Below, piece by piece: positions 38,696 to 52,630 of a stretch of 64,000 nucleotides of DNA (within the stretch, counting starts at the first letter, position 1; every line of letters begins with the position of its first letter). The position numbers and the translations under genes are program-made. The notes under the pieces were generated by a model, which saw only the letters and a program-made list of their open reading frames with translations, was not told where the DNA came from and ran no database searches. The stretch spans positions 11,098,001-11,162,000 of the forward strand of contig OX597820.1 of the NCBI GenBank assembly GCA_951406725.2, in the 5' to 3' direction. This stretch comes from Octopus vulgaris (taxonomy: Eukaryota).

Positions 38696-39160
38696 ATTAG
38701 TCCATCCGCTGGTTGCTTCATAAAAGGCATTTGTCATACACATGAACTTCATTTCGTGAAGACACAGCAACACAGTCTCCGATCCAATAGTAATATTTAT
38801 TTCACTTTACTACTTATATTAAGTCACCCACCATTATTTTGTTCATGCTATCACTGGCAGCTAAATGTAGGAATAAGCTTGAACATGCATGCACTAGTGA
38901 ATATGCATTGTATTTATATATCTTATGGCTGATTGCGCATATTTTCATTAGTGCGTGAAATAGTGAAAGAAGCGCCGGTAAATCGCTGGAAGATGAGGAG
39001 CACAAATGAATGGCTGACCTCAAACCCGGGTTTCAGATCACACACACACACACACATATTTCTTGTGATTATGATCTTCTATCAGAAGATGCATGTTCTC
39101 TTTCAAATTAAGTTAGCATTACGCCACGTCCTTTCTCAGGCATATATGTGTGTATATATT

Positions 39161-42100
39161 AATGAATGAATGAATGAAGGAAGGAAGGAATGAAGGAATG
39201 AATGAATGAAGGAAGGAAGGAATGAATGAATGAATGAAGGAAGGAAGGAATGAATGAATGAATGAAGGAATGAATGAAGGAATGAAGGAATGAAAGAATG
39301 AATGAAGGAAGGAAGGAAGAAATGAAGGAATGAATGAATGAAGGAATGAAGAAATGAATGAATGAATGAAGGAAGGAATGAATGAATGAATGAATGAATG
39401 AAGGAAATGAAGGAAGGAAGGATGGAAGGAATGAATGAATGAAGGAATGAAAAAAGGAAGGAATGAATGAATGAATAAATGAATGAATGAATAAAGGAAT
39501 GAATGAATGAATTAATGAATGAAGGAATGAAGGAATGAATGAATGAATGAAGGAAGGAAGGAAGAAATGAAGGAAGGAATGAATGAATGAATTAATGAAT
39601 GAAGGAATGAAGGAATGAATGAAAGAATAAATGATGAATGATTGAAGGAATGAAGGAATGAATGAAGAAAGGAAGGAAGTAAGGAAGGAATGAAGTAAGG
39701 AAGGAGGAATGAAGGAATGAAGAAAGGAATGAAGGAATGAATGAATGAAGAAATGAAGGAAGGAATGAAGGAATGAAGGAATGAATGAATAAATGAATGA
39801 AGGAATGAAGGAAGGAATGAAGGAATGAATGAATGAAGAAATGAAGGAAGGAATGAAGGAATGAAGGAATGAATGAATAAATGAATGAAGGAAGGAAGGA
39901 AGGAATGAATGAAGGAATGAAGGAATGAAGGAATGAATGACTGATTGAATGAATGAGGGAAGGAATGATGAATGAATGAATGAAGGAAGGAAGGAAGGAA
40001 TGAAGGAATGAAGGAATGAAGGAATGAAGGAGTGAATGAAGGAATGAATGAATGAATAAAGGAAGGAAGGAAGGAAGGAATGAATGAATGAAGGAATGAA
40101 TGAATGAAGGAAGAAGGAAGGAATGAATGAATAAAGGAATGAATGAATGAATGAATGACGGAATGATGGAATGAAGGAATGAATGAAGGAATGAATGAAT
40201 GAATGAGGGAATGAATGAAGGAATGAATGAATGAAGGAAAGAAGGAGGGAATGAATGAATGAATGAAGGAATGAAAAAAGGAAGGAATGAATGAATGAAT
40301 AAATGATTGAATGAATAAAGGAATGAATGAATGAATTTATGAATGAAGGAATGAAGGAATGAATGAAAGAATAAATGATGAATGATTGAAGGAAGGAAGG
40401 ATGGAATGAAGGAAGGAAGGAGAAATGAATGAATGAAGGAATGAATGAAGGAATGAATGAACGAAGAAATTAAGGAAGGAATGAAGGAATGAATGAATGA
40501 ATGAATGAAGGAAGAAGGAAGGAAGGAATGAATGAATGAATGAATGAATGAATGAATGAATGAATGAATGAAGGAATGACTGAATGAATGAAGAAATGAA
40601 GGAAGGAATGAAGGAATGAAAAATGAATGAAGGAATGAATGAAGGAATGAATGAATGAAGGAAGGAAGGAAGGAAGGAAGGATGAATGAAGGAATGAAGG
40701 AATGAATGAAGGAATGAAGGAATGAATGAATGAATGAAGGAATGAAGGAATGAATAAATTAATGAATGAATGAATGAAGGAATGAATGAATGAATGAATG
40801 AAGGAATGAATGAATGAATGAAGGAAGGAATAACGGAATGATTGAATGAAGGAATGAATGAATGAATGAATGAAGGAACAAATGAATGAATGAAGGAATG
40901 AATGAAGGAATAAATGAATGAATGAATGAAGGAAGGAATGAATGAAGGAATCAAGGAATGAATGAATGAAGGAAAGAATGAATGAATGAATGAATGAAGG
41001 AAGGAATGAAGGAATGAAGGAATGAATGAATGAATGAGAAAATGATTGGATGAAGGAATGAATGAAGGAATGATGGAATGAATGAATTAAGGAATGATGG
41101 AATGAAGGAATGAATGAATGCAGGAGTGAATGAAGTATTGAATGAAGGATAGAAGGAATGAAGGAATGATTGAATGTATGAATGAATGAATGAATGAATG
41201 AATGAAAGAATGAATGAATTATTGAATGAATTAATGAAGGAATGAATGAATGACAGAATGAAGGAAGGAATGAAGAAATGAAGGAATGATTGAATGAATG
41301 AAGGAATGAAGGAAGGAAGGAAGGAAGGAAGGAATGAACGAATGAAGGAATGAATGAATGTATGAAGAAAGGAAGAAATGAATGAATGAAGGAAGGAAGG
41401 AATGAATGAAAAAAGGAAAGAAGGAATGAATGAATGAATGAAGGAAGGAAGGAAGGAAGGAAGGAATGAATGAAAGAAGGAAGGAATGAAGGAAGGAATG
41501 AAGGAAGGAAGGAATGAATGAAAGAATGAAGGACTGAAGGAATGAATGAAGGAATGAATAAAGGAAGACAGACAATGAATGAATGAATGAAGGAAGGAAG
41601 GAAGGAAAGAATGAAGGAATGAATGAAGGAATGAATGAATGAAGAAAGGAAGGAAAAAAGGAATGATTGAAGGAAGGAAGGATTGAATGAAGGAAGGAAG
41701 TAACGAATAAATGAATGAATGAAGGAAGGAAGGAAGGAATGAATGAAGGAATGAATGAATGAAGGAAGGAAGGAATGATGGAATGAATGAAGGAATGAAT
41801 GAATGAATGAATGAATAAAGGAATGAAGAAATGAATGAAGAGATAAAGGAATGAATGAAGGAAGGAATGAAGGAATGAAGGAATGAATGAAGGAATGAAG
41901 GAATGAATGAAGGAAGGAAGGAATGAATGAATGACGGAAGGAATGAATGAAGGAAGAAAGGTATGAATGAAGGAATGAATGAAGGAATGAAGGAATGAAT
42001 AAATGAAAGTAGAAGGGAGGAATGAATGAATGAATGAATGAAGGAAGGAAGGAAGGAATGAATGAAGGAAGGAAGGAATGAATGACTGAATGAAGGAATG

Positions 42101-45100
42101 AAGGAAGGAAGGAAGGAATGAAGGAAGGAATGGAATGAAGGAGTGAAGGAATGAAAAAGTGAAGGAAGGAATGAATGAAGGAATGAATGAATGAAGGAAT
42201 GAATGAATGAATGAAGGAATGAATGAATGAAGGAATGAATGAATGAATGAAAGAATGAATGAATGAATGAATGAATGAAGGTATGAAGGAATGAATGAAG
42301 GAATGAATGAAGGAATGAATGAAGGAATCAATGAATGAATGAAGGAAGGAATGAAGGAATGAAGGAATGAAGGAATGAATGAATGAATGAATGAAGGAAG
42401 GAAGGAAGGAAGGAAGGAATGAAGGAAGGAAGGAATGAATGAATGAAGGAATGAATGAATGAATGAATGAATGAATGAAGGTATGAAGGAATGAATGAAG
42501 GAATGAATGAAGGAATGAAGGAATGAAGGAATGAATGGATGAAGGAATGAATGAAGGAAGGAATGGAGGAATGAATGAAAGAAGGAATGAATGAAGGAAT
42601 GAATGAATGAAGGAATGAAGGAAGGAAGGAAGGAATGAATGAATGAATGAATGAAAGAATAAAGGAATGAAGGAATGAATGAATGAATGAATGAAGGAAG
42701 GAAGGAATGAATGAAGGAAGGAAGGAATGAAGGAATGATTGAGGGAATGAATGAAGGAAGGAAGGAAAAAAGAAATGAATGAAGGAATGAAGGAATGAAG
42801 GAAGGAATATAGGAATGAAGGAAGGATGGATGGAAGGAAGGAATAAAGGAATGAATGAAGGAATGAAAGAATGAAGGAAGGAAGATAGGAAAGAAAAAAG
42901 GAATGAATGAAGGAATTAATGAATGAATGAATGAATGGAGGAAGGAATGAATGAAGGGAGGAATGAATGGAGAAAGGAATGAAGGAATGAATGAAGGAAG
43001 GATTGAATGACTGAATGAAGGAAGGAAGGAAGGAATGAAGGAATGAAGGAGGGAAGGATGGAAGGAAGGAATAAAGGAATGAATGAAGGAATGAATGAAT
43101 GAAGGAAGGAAGATAGGAAGGAAAAAAGGAATGAATGAAGGAATGAATGAATGAATGAATGAATGAAGGAATGAGTGAAGGAATGAATGAATGAAGGAAT
43201 GAATGAAGGAATGAATGAATGAATGAATGAAGGAAGGAAGGAATGAATGAAGGAAGGAATGAATGGAGGAAGGAATGAAGGAATGAATGACTGAATGAAG
43301 GAAGGAAGGAATGAAGGAATGAAGGAAGGAATGAAGGAATGAGAGAAGGAAGGAATGAATGAAGGAATGAATGAAGGAATAAATGAAAGAAAGAACGAAT
43401 TAAAGAATGAATGAATGAATGAAGGAATGGATGAGGGAAGGAATGAAATAAGGAAGGAATGATGGAAGGAATGAATGAATGAATGAAGGAAGGAATAAAT
43501 GAAGAAATGAATAAAGGAAGGAAGGAAGGAAGGAATGAATGAATGAATGAATGAAGGAAGGAAGGAAGGAATGAAGGAAAGAATGAATGAAGGCATGAAT
43601 GAATGAAGGAATGAAGGAAGGAAGGAATGAATTAATGAAGACTGGAAGGGAGGATTGAATGAATGAATGAAATAAATAAGGAAGGAATAAAGGAATGAAT
43701 GAAGGAATGAATAAATGAAGGAAGGAAGATAGGAAAGAAAAATGGAATGAATGAAGGAATGAATGAAGGAATGAATGAATGAAAGAATGAATGAAGGAAT
43801 TAATGAATGAATGAAGGAAGGAAGGAAGGAATGATTGGAGGGAGGAATGAATGGAGGAAGGAATGAAGGAATGAATGAAGGAAGGATTGAATGACTGAAT
43901 GAAGGAAGGAAGGTATGAAGGAATGAAGGAATGAAGGAGGGAAGGATGGAAGGAAAGAATAAAGGAATGAATGAAGGAAGGAATGAATGAAGGAAGGAAG
44001 GAAGATAGGAAGGAATGAATGAATGAATGAAGGAATGAATGAAGGAATGAATGAATGAAAGAATGAATGAAGGAATTAATGAATGAATGAATGAAGGAAG
44101 GAAGGAATGAATGAAGGAAGGAATGAATGGAATGAAGGAATGAAGGAATGAATGACTGAATGAAGGAAGGAAGGAATGAAGGAATGAAGGAAGGAAGGAA
44201 GGGAAGAAGGAATGAGAGAAGGAAGGAATGAATGAAGGAATGAGTGAAGGAATAAATGAAAGAATGAATGAATTAAGGAATGAATGAATGAATGAATGAA
44301 TGAAGGAATGGATGAGGGAAGGAATGAAATAAGGAAGGAATGATGGAAGGAATGAATGAATGAATGAAGGAAGGAATGAATGAAGAAATGAATAAAGGAA
44401 GGAAGGAAGGAAGGAATGAATGAATGAAGGAAGGAAGGAAGGAAGGAAGGAATGAATGAATGAATGAATGAAGGAATGAATTTATAAATGAATGAATGAA
44501 TGAAGGAATGAAGGGAGGAATGAATGAATGAATGAATGAAATAAGGAAGGAATGATGGAAGGAATGAATGAATGAATGAAGGAAGGAATGAATGAAGGAA
44601 AGAATGGAATGAAGGAAGGAAGGAAGGAAGGAAGGAAGGAATGAAGGAAGGAAGGAAGGAATGAATGAAGAAAAGAAGGAAGGAAGGAAGGAATGGAGGA
44701 AAGAAGGAAGGAATGAATGAAAGAATGAATGAATGAATGAGTGTAGGAAGGAAGGAAGGAATGAAGGAATGAAGGAAGGAAGGAATGAAGGAATGATTGA
44801 GGGAATGAATGAAGGAAGGAAGGAAAAAAGAAATGAATGAAGGAAGGAAGTAAGGAAGGAAGGAAGGAAGGAAGGAAGGAAGGAATAAAGGAATGAAGGA
44901 ATGAAGGAATGAATGAAGGGATGAATGAATGAAGGAAGGAAGGAAGATAGGAAGGAAAAAAGGAATGAATGAAGGAAGGAATGAATGAATGAATGAAGTA
45001 TTGAATGTAGGAATGAATGAATGAAAGAATGAATGAAGGCATTAATGAATGAATGAATGAATAAATGAAGGAAGGAATTAATGAAGGAATGAATGAATGG

Positions 45101-46366
45101 AGGAAGGAATGAAGGAATGAATGAAGGAAGGATTGAATGACTGAATGAAGGAAGGAAGGAATGAAGGAATGAAGGAATGAAGGAAGGAATGAAGGAATGA
45201 GAGAAGGAAGGAATGAATGAAAGAAAGAATGAATTAATGTCTTAATGAATGAATGAAAGAATGAATGAAGGAATTAATGAATGAATGAATGAATGAATGA
45301 AGGAAGGAATTAATGAAGGAATGAATGAATGGAGGAAGGAATGAAGGAATGAATGAAGGACGGATTGAATGACTGAATGAAGGAAGGAAGGAATAAAGGA
45401 ATGAAGGAATGAAGGAAGGAATGAAGGAATGAGAGAAGGAATGAATGAATGAAGGAATGAGTGAAGGAATGAATGAAAGAAAGAATGAATTAATGATTTA
45501 ATGAATGAATGAATGAAGGAATGGATGAAGGAAGGAATGAAATAAGGAAGGAATGATGGAAGGAATGAATGAATGAATGAAGGAATGAAGGAAGGAAGGA
45601 AGGAAGGAATGAATGAAGGAAGGAATGAAGGAAAGAATGAAGGAAAGAATGAATGAAGGCATGAATGAATGAAGGAATGAATGAATGAAGAAAGGAAGGA
45701 AGGAATGAATGAATGAATGAATGAATGAATGAATTAAGGAAGGAAGGAATGATCGAAGGAAGGAATGAATGAATGAAGGAAGGAGGGAAATGAATGAATG
45801 AACGAATGAATGAATGAAGGAAGGAAGGAAGAATGAATGAAGGAATGAAGGAATGAATGAATGAAGGAATGAAGGAATGAATGAATGAAAGAAGGAATGA
45901 AGGAAGGAATGAAGGAATGAAGGAATGAAGGAATGAAGAATGAAGGGATGAATGAATGAAGGAAGGAATGAATGAAGGAAGGAAGGAAGGAATGAAGGAA
46001 GGAATGAATGAAAGAAGGAAGGAAGGAAGGAATGAATGAATGAAGGAAGGAAGGAATGAATGAATGAAGGAAGGAAGGAAGGAATGAATGAATGAAGGAA
46101 GGAAGGAATGAAGGAAGGAAGGAATGAAGGAATGAATGAAGGAATGAAGGAATGAATGAAGGAAGGAATGAATGAATGAAAGAAGGAAGGAAGGGAGTAA
46201 TGAATGAATGAATGAATGAAGGAAGGAAGGAAGGAAGGAATCAATGAAGGAAGGAAGGAATGAATGAATGAAGGAAGGATGGAAGGAAAGAATGAAGGAA
46301 TGAATGAATGAACAAAGGAATGAAGGAATGAAAGAATGAAGGAAAGAATGATTGAATGAAGGAATG
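39161..46366 (+). repeat. ~7.2 kb degenerate (GAAT/GAAG)n tetranucleotide satellite
   Basis: Continuous GAAT/GAAG units, plus strand almost free of C, with recurring variant landmarks. Confidence 0.98.
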
Positions 46367-46369
46367 ATG

Positions 46370-46530
46370 GTGGAAAGGTGTGCCTTTTAGTTTGGAGGAT
46401 TGAAAAGGCATGTCAAACGACTTCAGGCTGTGGCACCTGCTCTTTCTGTCAGACGGCACAGCTGTGCATTATGTGCAATAGAATGTACAATTCATTGGCC
46501 AGGCTCAAGAGTCATACAAGGGACTCACCG
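46370..46530 (+). pseudogene. Degenerate C2H2 zinc-finger fragment, probably a LINE ORF2 3' end
   Basis: GKVC...GGLKRHV and CIMCNRMYNSLARLKSHTR in shifting frames. Confidence 0.45.
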
Positions 46531-46613
46531 TTGCATCATGCAATGACTCATTTCAGTGATTCTTTCTAACAATGGCTTTGCGCGTATAGGAGAAAACATA
46601 TATACATGCATAT

Positions 46614-46708
<95 letters not shown>

Positions 46709-46798
46709 CATATATATATCTTTATATATATACATGCATATATATATTATATGTATATACATACATATACATATATCTTTATATATATATATATATAA

Positions 46799-46832
<34 letters not shown>

Positions 46833-46961
46833 ATATATATATATGTATGTATCATCAGCATTATCATCGTCGTTTAATGTCCGCTTTCCATGCTGGCGTA
46901 TATATATATATATATAGTTTACTGTTCCGTTGAGGTAAGGTAAACAAAGCCAGTAGTTCGT

Positions 46962-47145
46962 CCGGTGAGAGATAAATATCATTTCACGTTCAGTGAATAA
47001 AGATACGATCTACAAATAGTTCTTACTTTGGGGACACGAGTCTAGGCTGGGTTTTTATGACACGCCCAGTGTCTGCAAGCAGTTTTCAGGCTGAAGGTTG
47101 CTAAAGCGTGTTATAAAATCCTTGCCTCGATCGGTGTCTCCAAAG
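46962..47145. mobile_element. Old hairpin (MITE-like) element, same family as 21841
   Basis: Shared GATAAATATCATTT leader; CTTTGGGGACAC...TTTTATGACACGC / GCGTGTTATAAAA...GTGTCTCCAAAG arms. Confidence 0.6.
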
Positions 47146-47187
47146 CACGAAACTCATATCTTTATATTGTGTAGATTAAATTATATA

Positions 47188-47380
47188 TGCGAGGTGGGGG
47201 TGCTGAAAGTTACTGGCTTTGAATAATAGAAAATAGAGGAGAATCAGTTAATTATGATTTTATTAAACATATTCCCCCTCTCAGATTCACACAATTATTG
47301 CAGCGGTCCTTCAGTTTTTTTCTAAACCTTGTAGAAGAACTCGGAAGGTTTGGGCTTCTGACCAGGTCTTCCGCGACACC
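47188..47380. mobile_element. Mariner-like terminal fragment
   Basis: CGAGG..GGGGTGCTGAAAGTT.CTGGC TIR-like start. Confidence 0.4.
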
Positions 47381-47399
47381 CTAATAACGCATGTCTCCA

Positions 47400-47467
47400 A
47401 ACTACTACTACTACTACTGCTACTACTACTACTACTATCACTATCACTACCGCTACCACTATAGCTG

Positions 47468-47518
<51 letters not shown>

Positions 47519-47551
47519 TCACTATCACTACCACTACCACTATAGCTGCTG

Positions 47552-47590
<39 letters not shown>

Positions 47591-47753
47591 TCACTATCAC
47601 TACCGCTACCACTATAGCTGCTGCTACTACTACTACTTTTACTACTATCACTATCACTATCACTACCACTACCACCACCACTACTACTACTATAACTATC
47701 ACTACTACTACTACTACTACTACTACTACCGCTACTACTGCTGTTGCTGCTTG

Positions 47754-47790
<37 letters not shown>

Positions 47791-47922
47791 GCTACTACTA
47801 CTGTAACTATCACTACCGCTACTACTACTGCTGCTGCACTACTACTATTTTTACTACTACTCCTACTACTACTACCATAACTACTTCTACTGCTGCTGTT
47901 ACTACTACTTCTACTACTATTG

Positions 47923-47956
<34 letters not shown>

Positions 47957-47992
47957 TACTACTACTTCTAGTACCAAAGCCACTACTACTAA
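47400..47992 (+). repeat. (CTA)n compound repeat with ~70 bp higher-order units
   Basis: Recurring ATCACTATCACTACCGCTACCACTATAGCTG landmark. Confidence 0.9.
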
Positions 47993-48474
47993 ATATATGG
48001 CTTGTACTTTACTTTATCGTCCCTGGAGGGATGAAAAGCCAAACCATCCGCGGCGCGTCATCCCAAAAGTCAACGAACGGAAGCAAAATGCCGCAAAGTA
48101 TTCTAGTCTGACGCAATGGCGATTCTGTAGGCGTTCAATCCTCCATTGGATGAATCGTGGATTAAAAGTACAACACGTGGGAAAAAACAAAAAAGAAGAA
48201 AAAAGAAAAAAAAGGGAAAAAGGTGAATGAATATCGATTCCATTGAGTTGTCAGATAATTTCGTTCGTTTTTTGTTTTTGTTTTTTTTTTTTGCTCTTTT
48301 CTTTCAATCTTTTCCGATGCTCTTTTTTTTTTTTTTTAATTGTTTCAGTCATTTGACTGCGGCCATGCTGGAGCACCGCTGTTTGAATTAACAAAACAAA
48401 TTTGTTGTTGCTCTGTTCTTCCTCTACGTCTTTTTCTTCATCGTTTTATCCTTCATTTTTTTTATCTTTTTAGC

Positions 48475-49159
48475 TTTTACTTGCTTCGGTCATTAGACTG
48501 CGGCCATGCTGGGGCAGTGCTTTGAAGAAGTTTTAGTTGAACGAATTGATCCCGGGACTGAAATTTTTTGTTTTTGCTTTTGTTTTTGTTATGCTTGATA
48601 TTTATTCTATCGGTCATTTTGCCGAGCCGCTAGGTAACAGGTACGCGTAAACACACCAAAACCGGCTGATGGCTGGTGGTGGGGGACAAACACACACACA
48701 TATACACAAACACACAGATATGTTTATACGTATGTATATATATATATATATATATAAATACTAGACATAAGTTTCATAAACTACAAAATATAACTATCCA
48801 CTCTACCACACTAGAAACGTACCTTTTATAACTCTTTACCTCAATCTGAAAGTACGTGAAGGTATTTAGAATGCCCAAACTTATTTCTGCAAATGTGCTA
48901 AGCACTGATGCTGATCATAGTTTAATCAATAAGCGTAAGAGGAAGGTAAATGCAGTAAAAATAGATGGGTATCAGTGGGGCCCCAATTAAGTGACCCTTA
49001 AAAAATAGACCCCCTAAAGACATTCCCTGGGATTTGGGGAGTTGCCGGCTTGAATTTCTTTGTCCTTGCACCAACGGTCTAGGAGGAGTTAACAAACACA
49101 AAAACGCAACGGACAGAGAAATTTATTATATAGGATATATATATATATATGTGTATATA

Positions 49160-49234
<75 letters not shown>

Positions 49235-49551
49235 ATATGAATATTTTTATGTTTGTTTTTAAGTTCAATTATAACAAAAACAATTCCACATTCATCTGAT
49301 GGGTCACTCTATACTTTTGTAGAGTACAAATCTATTATTCTTATACAAGAATGTTGTTGACAGTGACTTCGAAGTTTCGGCCTATTAAACCATCGTCAGG
49401 TTTCTTTCAGTTTCCGTCTACCAAACCCACTCACAAGGCTTTGGTAACCCCAAGGCTATAGTAAAAGACACTTGCCCAAGGTACCACAGAGTGGGACTGA
49501 ACCCGGAACCATGTGGTTGGGAAGCAAGCTTCTTACCAAACAACCGCTCCT
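48475..49551 (-). mobile_element. SINE family A, split by insertions
   Basis: 3' half 48475-48700, 5' half 49401-49551. Confidence 0.68.
49359..49399 (-). ncRNA. Hammerhead core, 5' strand of stem I missing
   Basis: Minus strand CTGACGA-T-GGTTT(aat)AGGCC-GAAA-CTTCGAAG-TC-ACTGTC; palindromic ACTTCGAAGT, GUC triplet; abuts a SINE. Confidence 0.6.
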
Positions 49552-50607
49552 GATTTTTCTACTTAGTCATGGTTGGACAGAATTCTTTCGTTTGGTTCTA
49601 AAAACAAACCAGCGGAAGTCTTCACCAGATTTTCGCATTCGCTTAATTGGTCACTTTTTCTGTTCCTTTTTTTCTTTCTCAGTAATCTTTTAATCCTTTA
49701 ATAATTTTTTTTTAATGACAGTTCCAAGATTTACCGCACAGAACATTGGATTAATACATCTGGAAAAGTCCCAGCCTGGCCACAACCAATAAGTCAGAAC
49801 TGGTAAATTAATCTAAGCTTCTTTTCTTTTTATTGTTAAACACTGGGTCAGTACTAACCAAGCAAACTTATGATCAAAGGAATTCCTACCGTTATCATAC
49901 AATCACTTACTCGATACATGGGGGCAAAGAACACAGAATAACATTCTCCGTCTTTTCTGTTTTCCTAAGACGGCGATACAACGAATATCTGGCTACTATT
50001 TCTAGCAAGACGAGAGAATACGTAGAGATGCCTCGGTGGCTCATTTTGTGATTGGTGGAGCAGTTAAAACAGGATACAGACAACTGGGCTGAACTGATTG
50101 CACTATAGATTCTATCTCTAAGCGCAGATGCCATCTGGTTCGGGTTTTTTCAGGAATCAATAATTTATATATCAGCAACATATAACGAGGTCACTTTATG
50201 AACCGCATGTGTAATATTGCTTATGTTCCATCATACGTATGTAACTCAATAATAACAAGAGCTCTCAGATGGTGCAAACATCCGCCAAGGCAACACCGAC
50301 GTCCTCTCAACGATTAGCCGGAAACGATTTTTAAAATAAGAATATCTGAAATAAAGTCGACTGCACTCACAAACGAGAATGCTAAAAATGAACTGGACTG
50401 CTCTCAAAAATTAAGTGAAAAGCAAAATAATCCAGAATTAGACGCATGAGTGGCTGTGTGGTAAGTAGCTTGCTTACCAACCACATGGTTCCGGGTTCAG
50501 TCCCACTGCGTGGCATCTTGGGCAAGTGTCTTCTACTATAGCCTCGGACCGACCAAAGCCTTGTGGGTGGATTTGGTAGAAGGAAACTGAAAGAAGCCCG
50601 TCTTATA

Positions 50608-50659
<52 letters not shown>

Positions 50660-50681
50660 CATATATATACATATATATATC

Positions 50682-51877
50682 ACGCGTACTGCACCATCTT
50701 TTGCCAACCTAGTGATGGGATGCCTCGAGAAAATATTATACCGGATAACACTCGAGAAATATGGAAACACCTTCGCCACCTATATCTATAACAACTGGAA
50801 AAGATACCTCGATGACTGTTTCATCATCTGGGACAAAGGTATAGAGAAACTTGAGGAATTTAAAATACTATTAAATGGAATAAATGACAATATACAATTC
50901 ACGATGGACCACAACGAAAAAGAATTACCATTTTTAGACATCCTCATTAAGAAAACCGGCAACAAAATAGAGACAGATATCTACTATAAACCGACAGACT
51001 CTAAACAGTACCTATCCTTTGATTCATGCCACCCACGACACACTAGAATGAATGTCCCTTTTTGTTTAGCTAGAAGGATTTGCACCATAATACCAGACAC
51101 AAACACCCGACACACACGTCTCCAGGAACTTAGAACCACACTCACAAATAGAAACTATCCACAGCCCCTAATAGACAGTGCAATCCAACGGGTACTTAAA
51201 TTAAGTATAGAAGACCTGAGACAAACAAAACCAAAAAGAAAGAACAATTAAAAACCCTTCCCTACATCTCTACACACAACCCACTCAACAATGAGGCCTT
51301 CAACACCATACTACAAAGCACAGCCCTACTAAAGGGAGACCCAAAGATGAACCGGATCCTCGAAACACACACCATCATTAAAAGTAAACGGCAACCAAAA
51401 TCCTTGAAAAGGATTTTAACCCAAGCTACACTGCACTCAACATCAACCACAAAACCAGCAGTTAGAAAATGTGGAAGGCCCAACTGCGGAATCTGTGTCA
51501 TCTTGAAAGAAGGATCAGAATTTATACTGGAACAAGGCCACCAGTTCACCATTAGAACAAACTTCACCTGCGCATCAGAAAACTTAATTTACGTCATAAC
51601 AGGCGCAGGCTGCAATAGGCAGTATATAGGCCATACAAAAAATAGCTTACGTAACAGGATGGCGGTGCATAAATCACAAATTAGAAACCCTGATTACCGC
51701 AAAATACCGGTCAGCGGACACATAGATAGATGTGCTGGAAATGTAAATCCGAAATTTACAACTAACCCGCTCTATAAATTCAGTGACAACGCAACCTTCA
51801 CACAACGCCAAAATAAAGAACTGTATTTCATAAAAAAATTTAGACCAAGTTTAAACACCCTGGGCCAGGAATATTAA
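50682..51877 (+). pseudogene. Penelope-like RT / GIY-YIG endonuclease ORF, 5'-truncated, one frameshift near 51235-51250
   Basis: APSFANLVMG, WKRYLDDCFIIW, LPFLDILI, TDIYYKPTD, SCHP, RRIC; second frame continues KTLPYISTHNP, CGRPNCGIC, LIYVITG...QYIGHT...RMAVH, KE.YFIKKF. Confidence 0.92.
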
Positions 51878-52054
51878 AACAAAAGATAAGTCCTCCGAAA
51901 AGGAGAAGCAAAATTCCACCACGGCCGCTACCTTAAACAGTCACTCGCACTGACGGAAATATGCCTTAGTAAAAAAGGAAAAAAAATTTTTCGTGCAAAT
52001 CTGACCCTGATGGACTGACCACATACGATAAAGCTAAGGGTCAGACCCGATTCT

Positions 52055-52630
52055 GATTGGTCAACACGTTGATGACGTCTAGTTCTGCTAGAATGGACAG
52101 GATACAAACAGGGGCAGAGATTAGTCAGAATATTGATGACGTCCTTTTCTGCTTGACTAGTCACCTAACAAGAAACAGACAGGGGGCAGATCTAATGCAG
52201 CTATAAGTCGTGATTGGGCAGAATCTTGATGACGTCCCGTTCTGCTTGACTAAGCCACCTAACGAAACGACTGGTCAAAACAGGAAACAGACAAGAGGCA
52301 GTTATAATACAGCGATAGGTCACGATTGGTCAGAATGTTGATGACATCCCGTTCTGCTTGACTAAGCCACCTAACGAAAAGGGGCAGATCTAATACAGCT
52401 ATAAGTCGTGATTGGTCAGAATCTTGATGACGTCCCGTTCTGCTTGACTAAGCCACCTAACAAAACGACTGGTCAAAACAGGAAACAGACAAGAGGCAGT
52501 TATAATACAGCGATAGGTCACGATTGGTCAGAATGTTGATGACGTCCCGTTCTGCTTGACTAAAGCCACCTAACGAAACGATTGGTCAAAACGTTGATGA
52601 CGTCACGCTACACTGGACTGACCACCTAAC
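52055..52630 (+). repeat. Tandem array in the Penelope pLTR: 7 copies of a ~50 bp core, with a 198 bp higher-order dimer
   Basis: Core GATTGGTCAGAATGTTGATGACGTCCCGTTCTGCTTGACTAAGCCACCTAAC at ~52055, 52119, 52212, 52324, 52410, 52522, 52580. Confidence 0.9.

Noticed and set aside
40337-46244. Long PSFIHSF ORFs of 186-366 aa
   Set aside because: Stop-free frames of the (ATTC/CTTC)n satellite; no domain content
52055-52630. Repeat-spacer array as a CRISPR
   Set aside because: Spacers are themselves repeated, no cas genes are present, and the context is a eukaryotic retroelement pLTR
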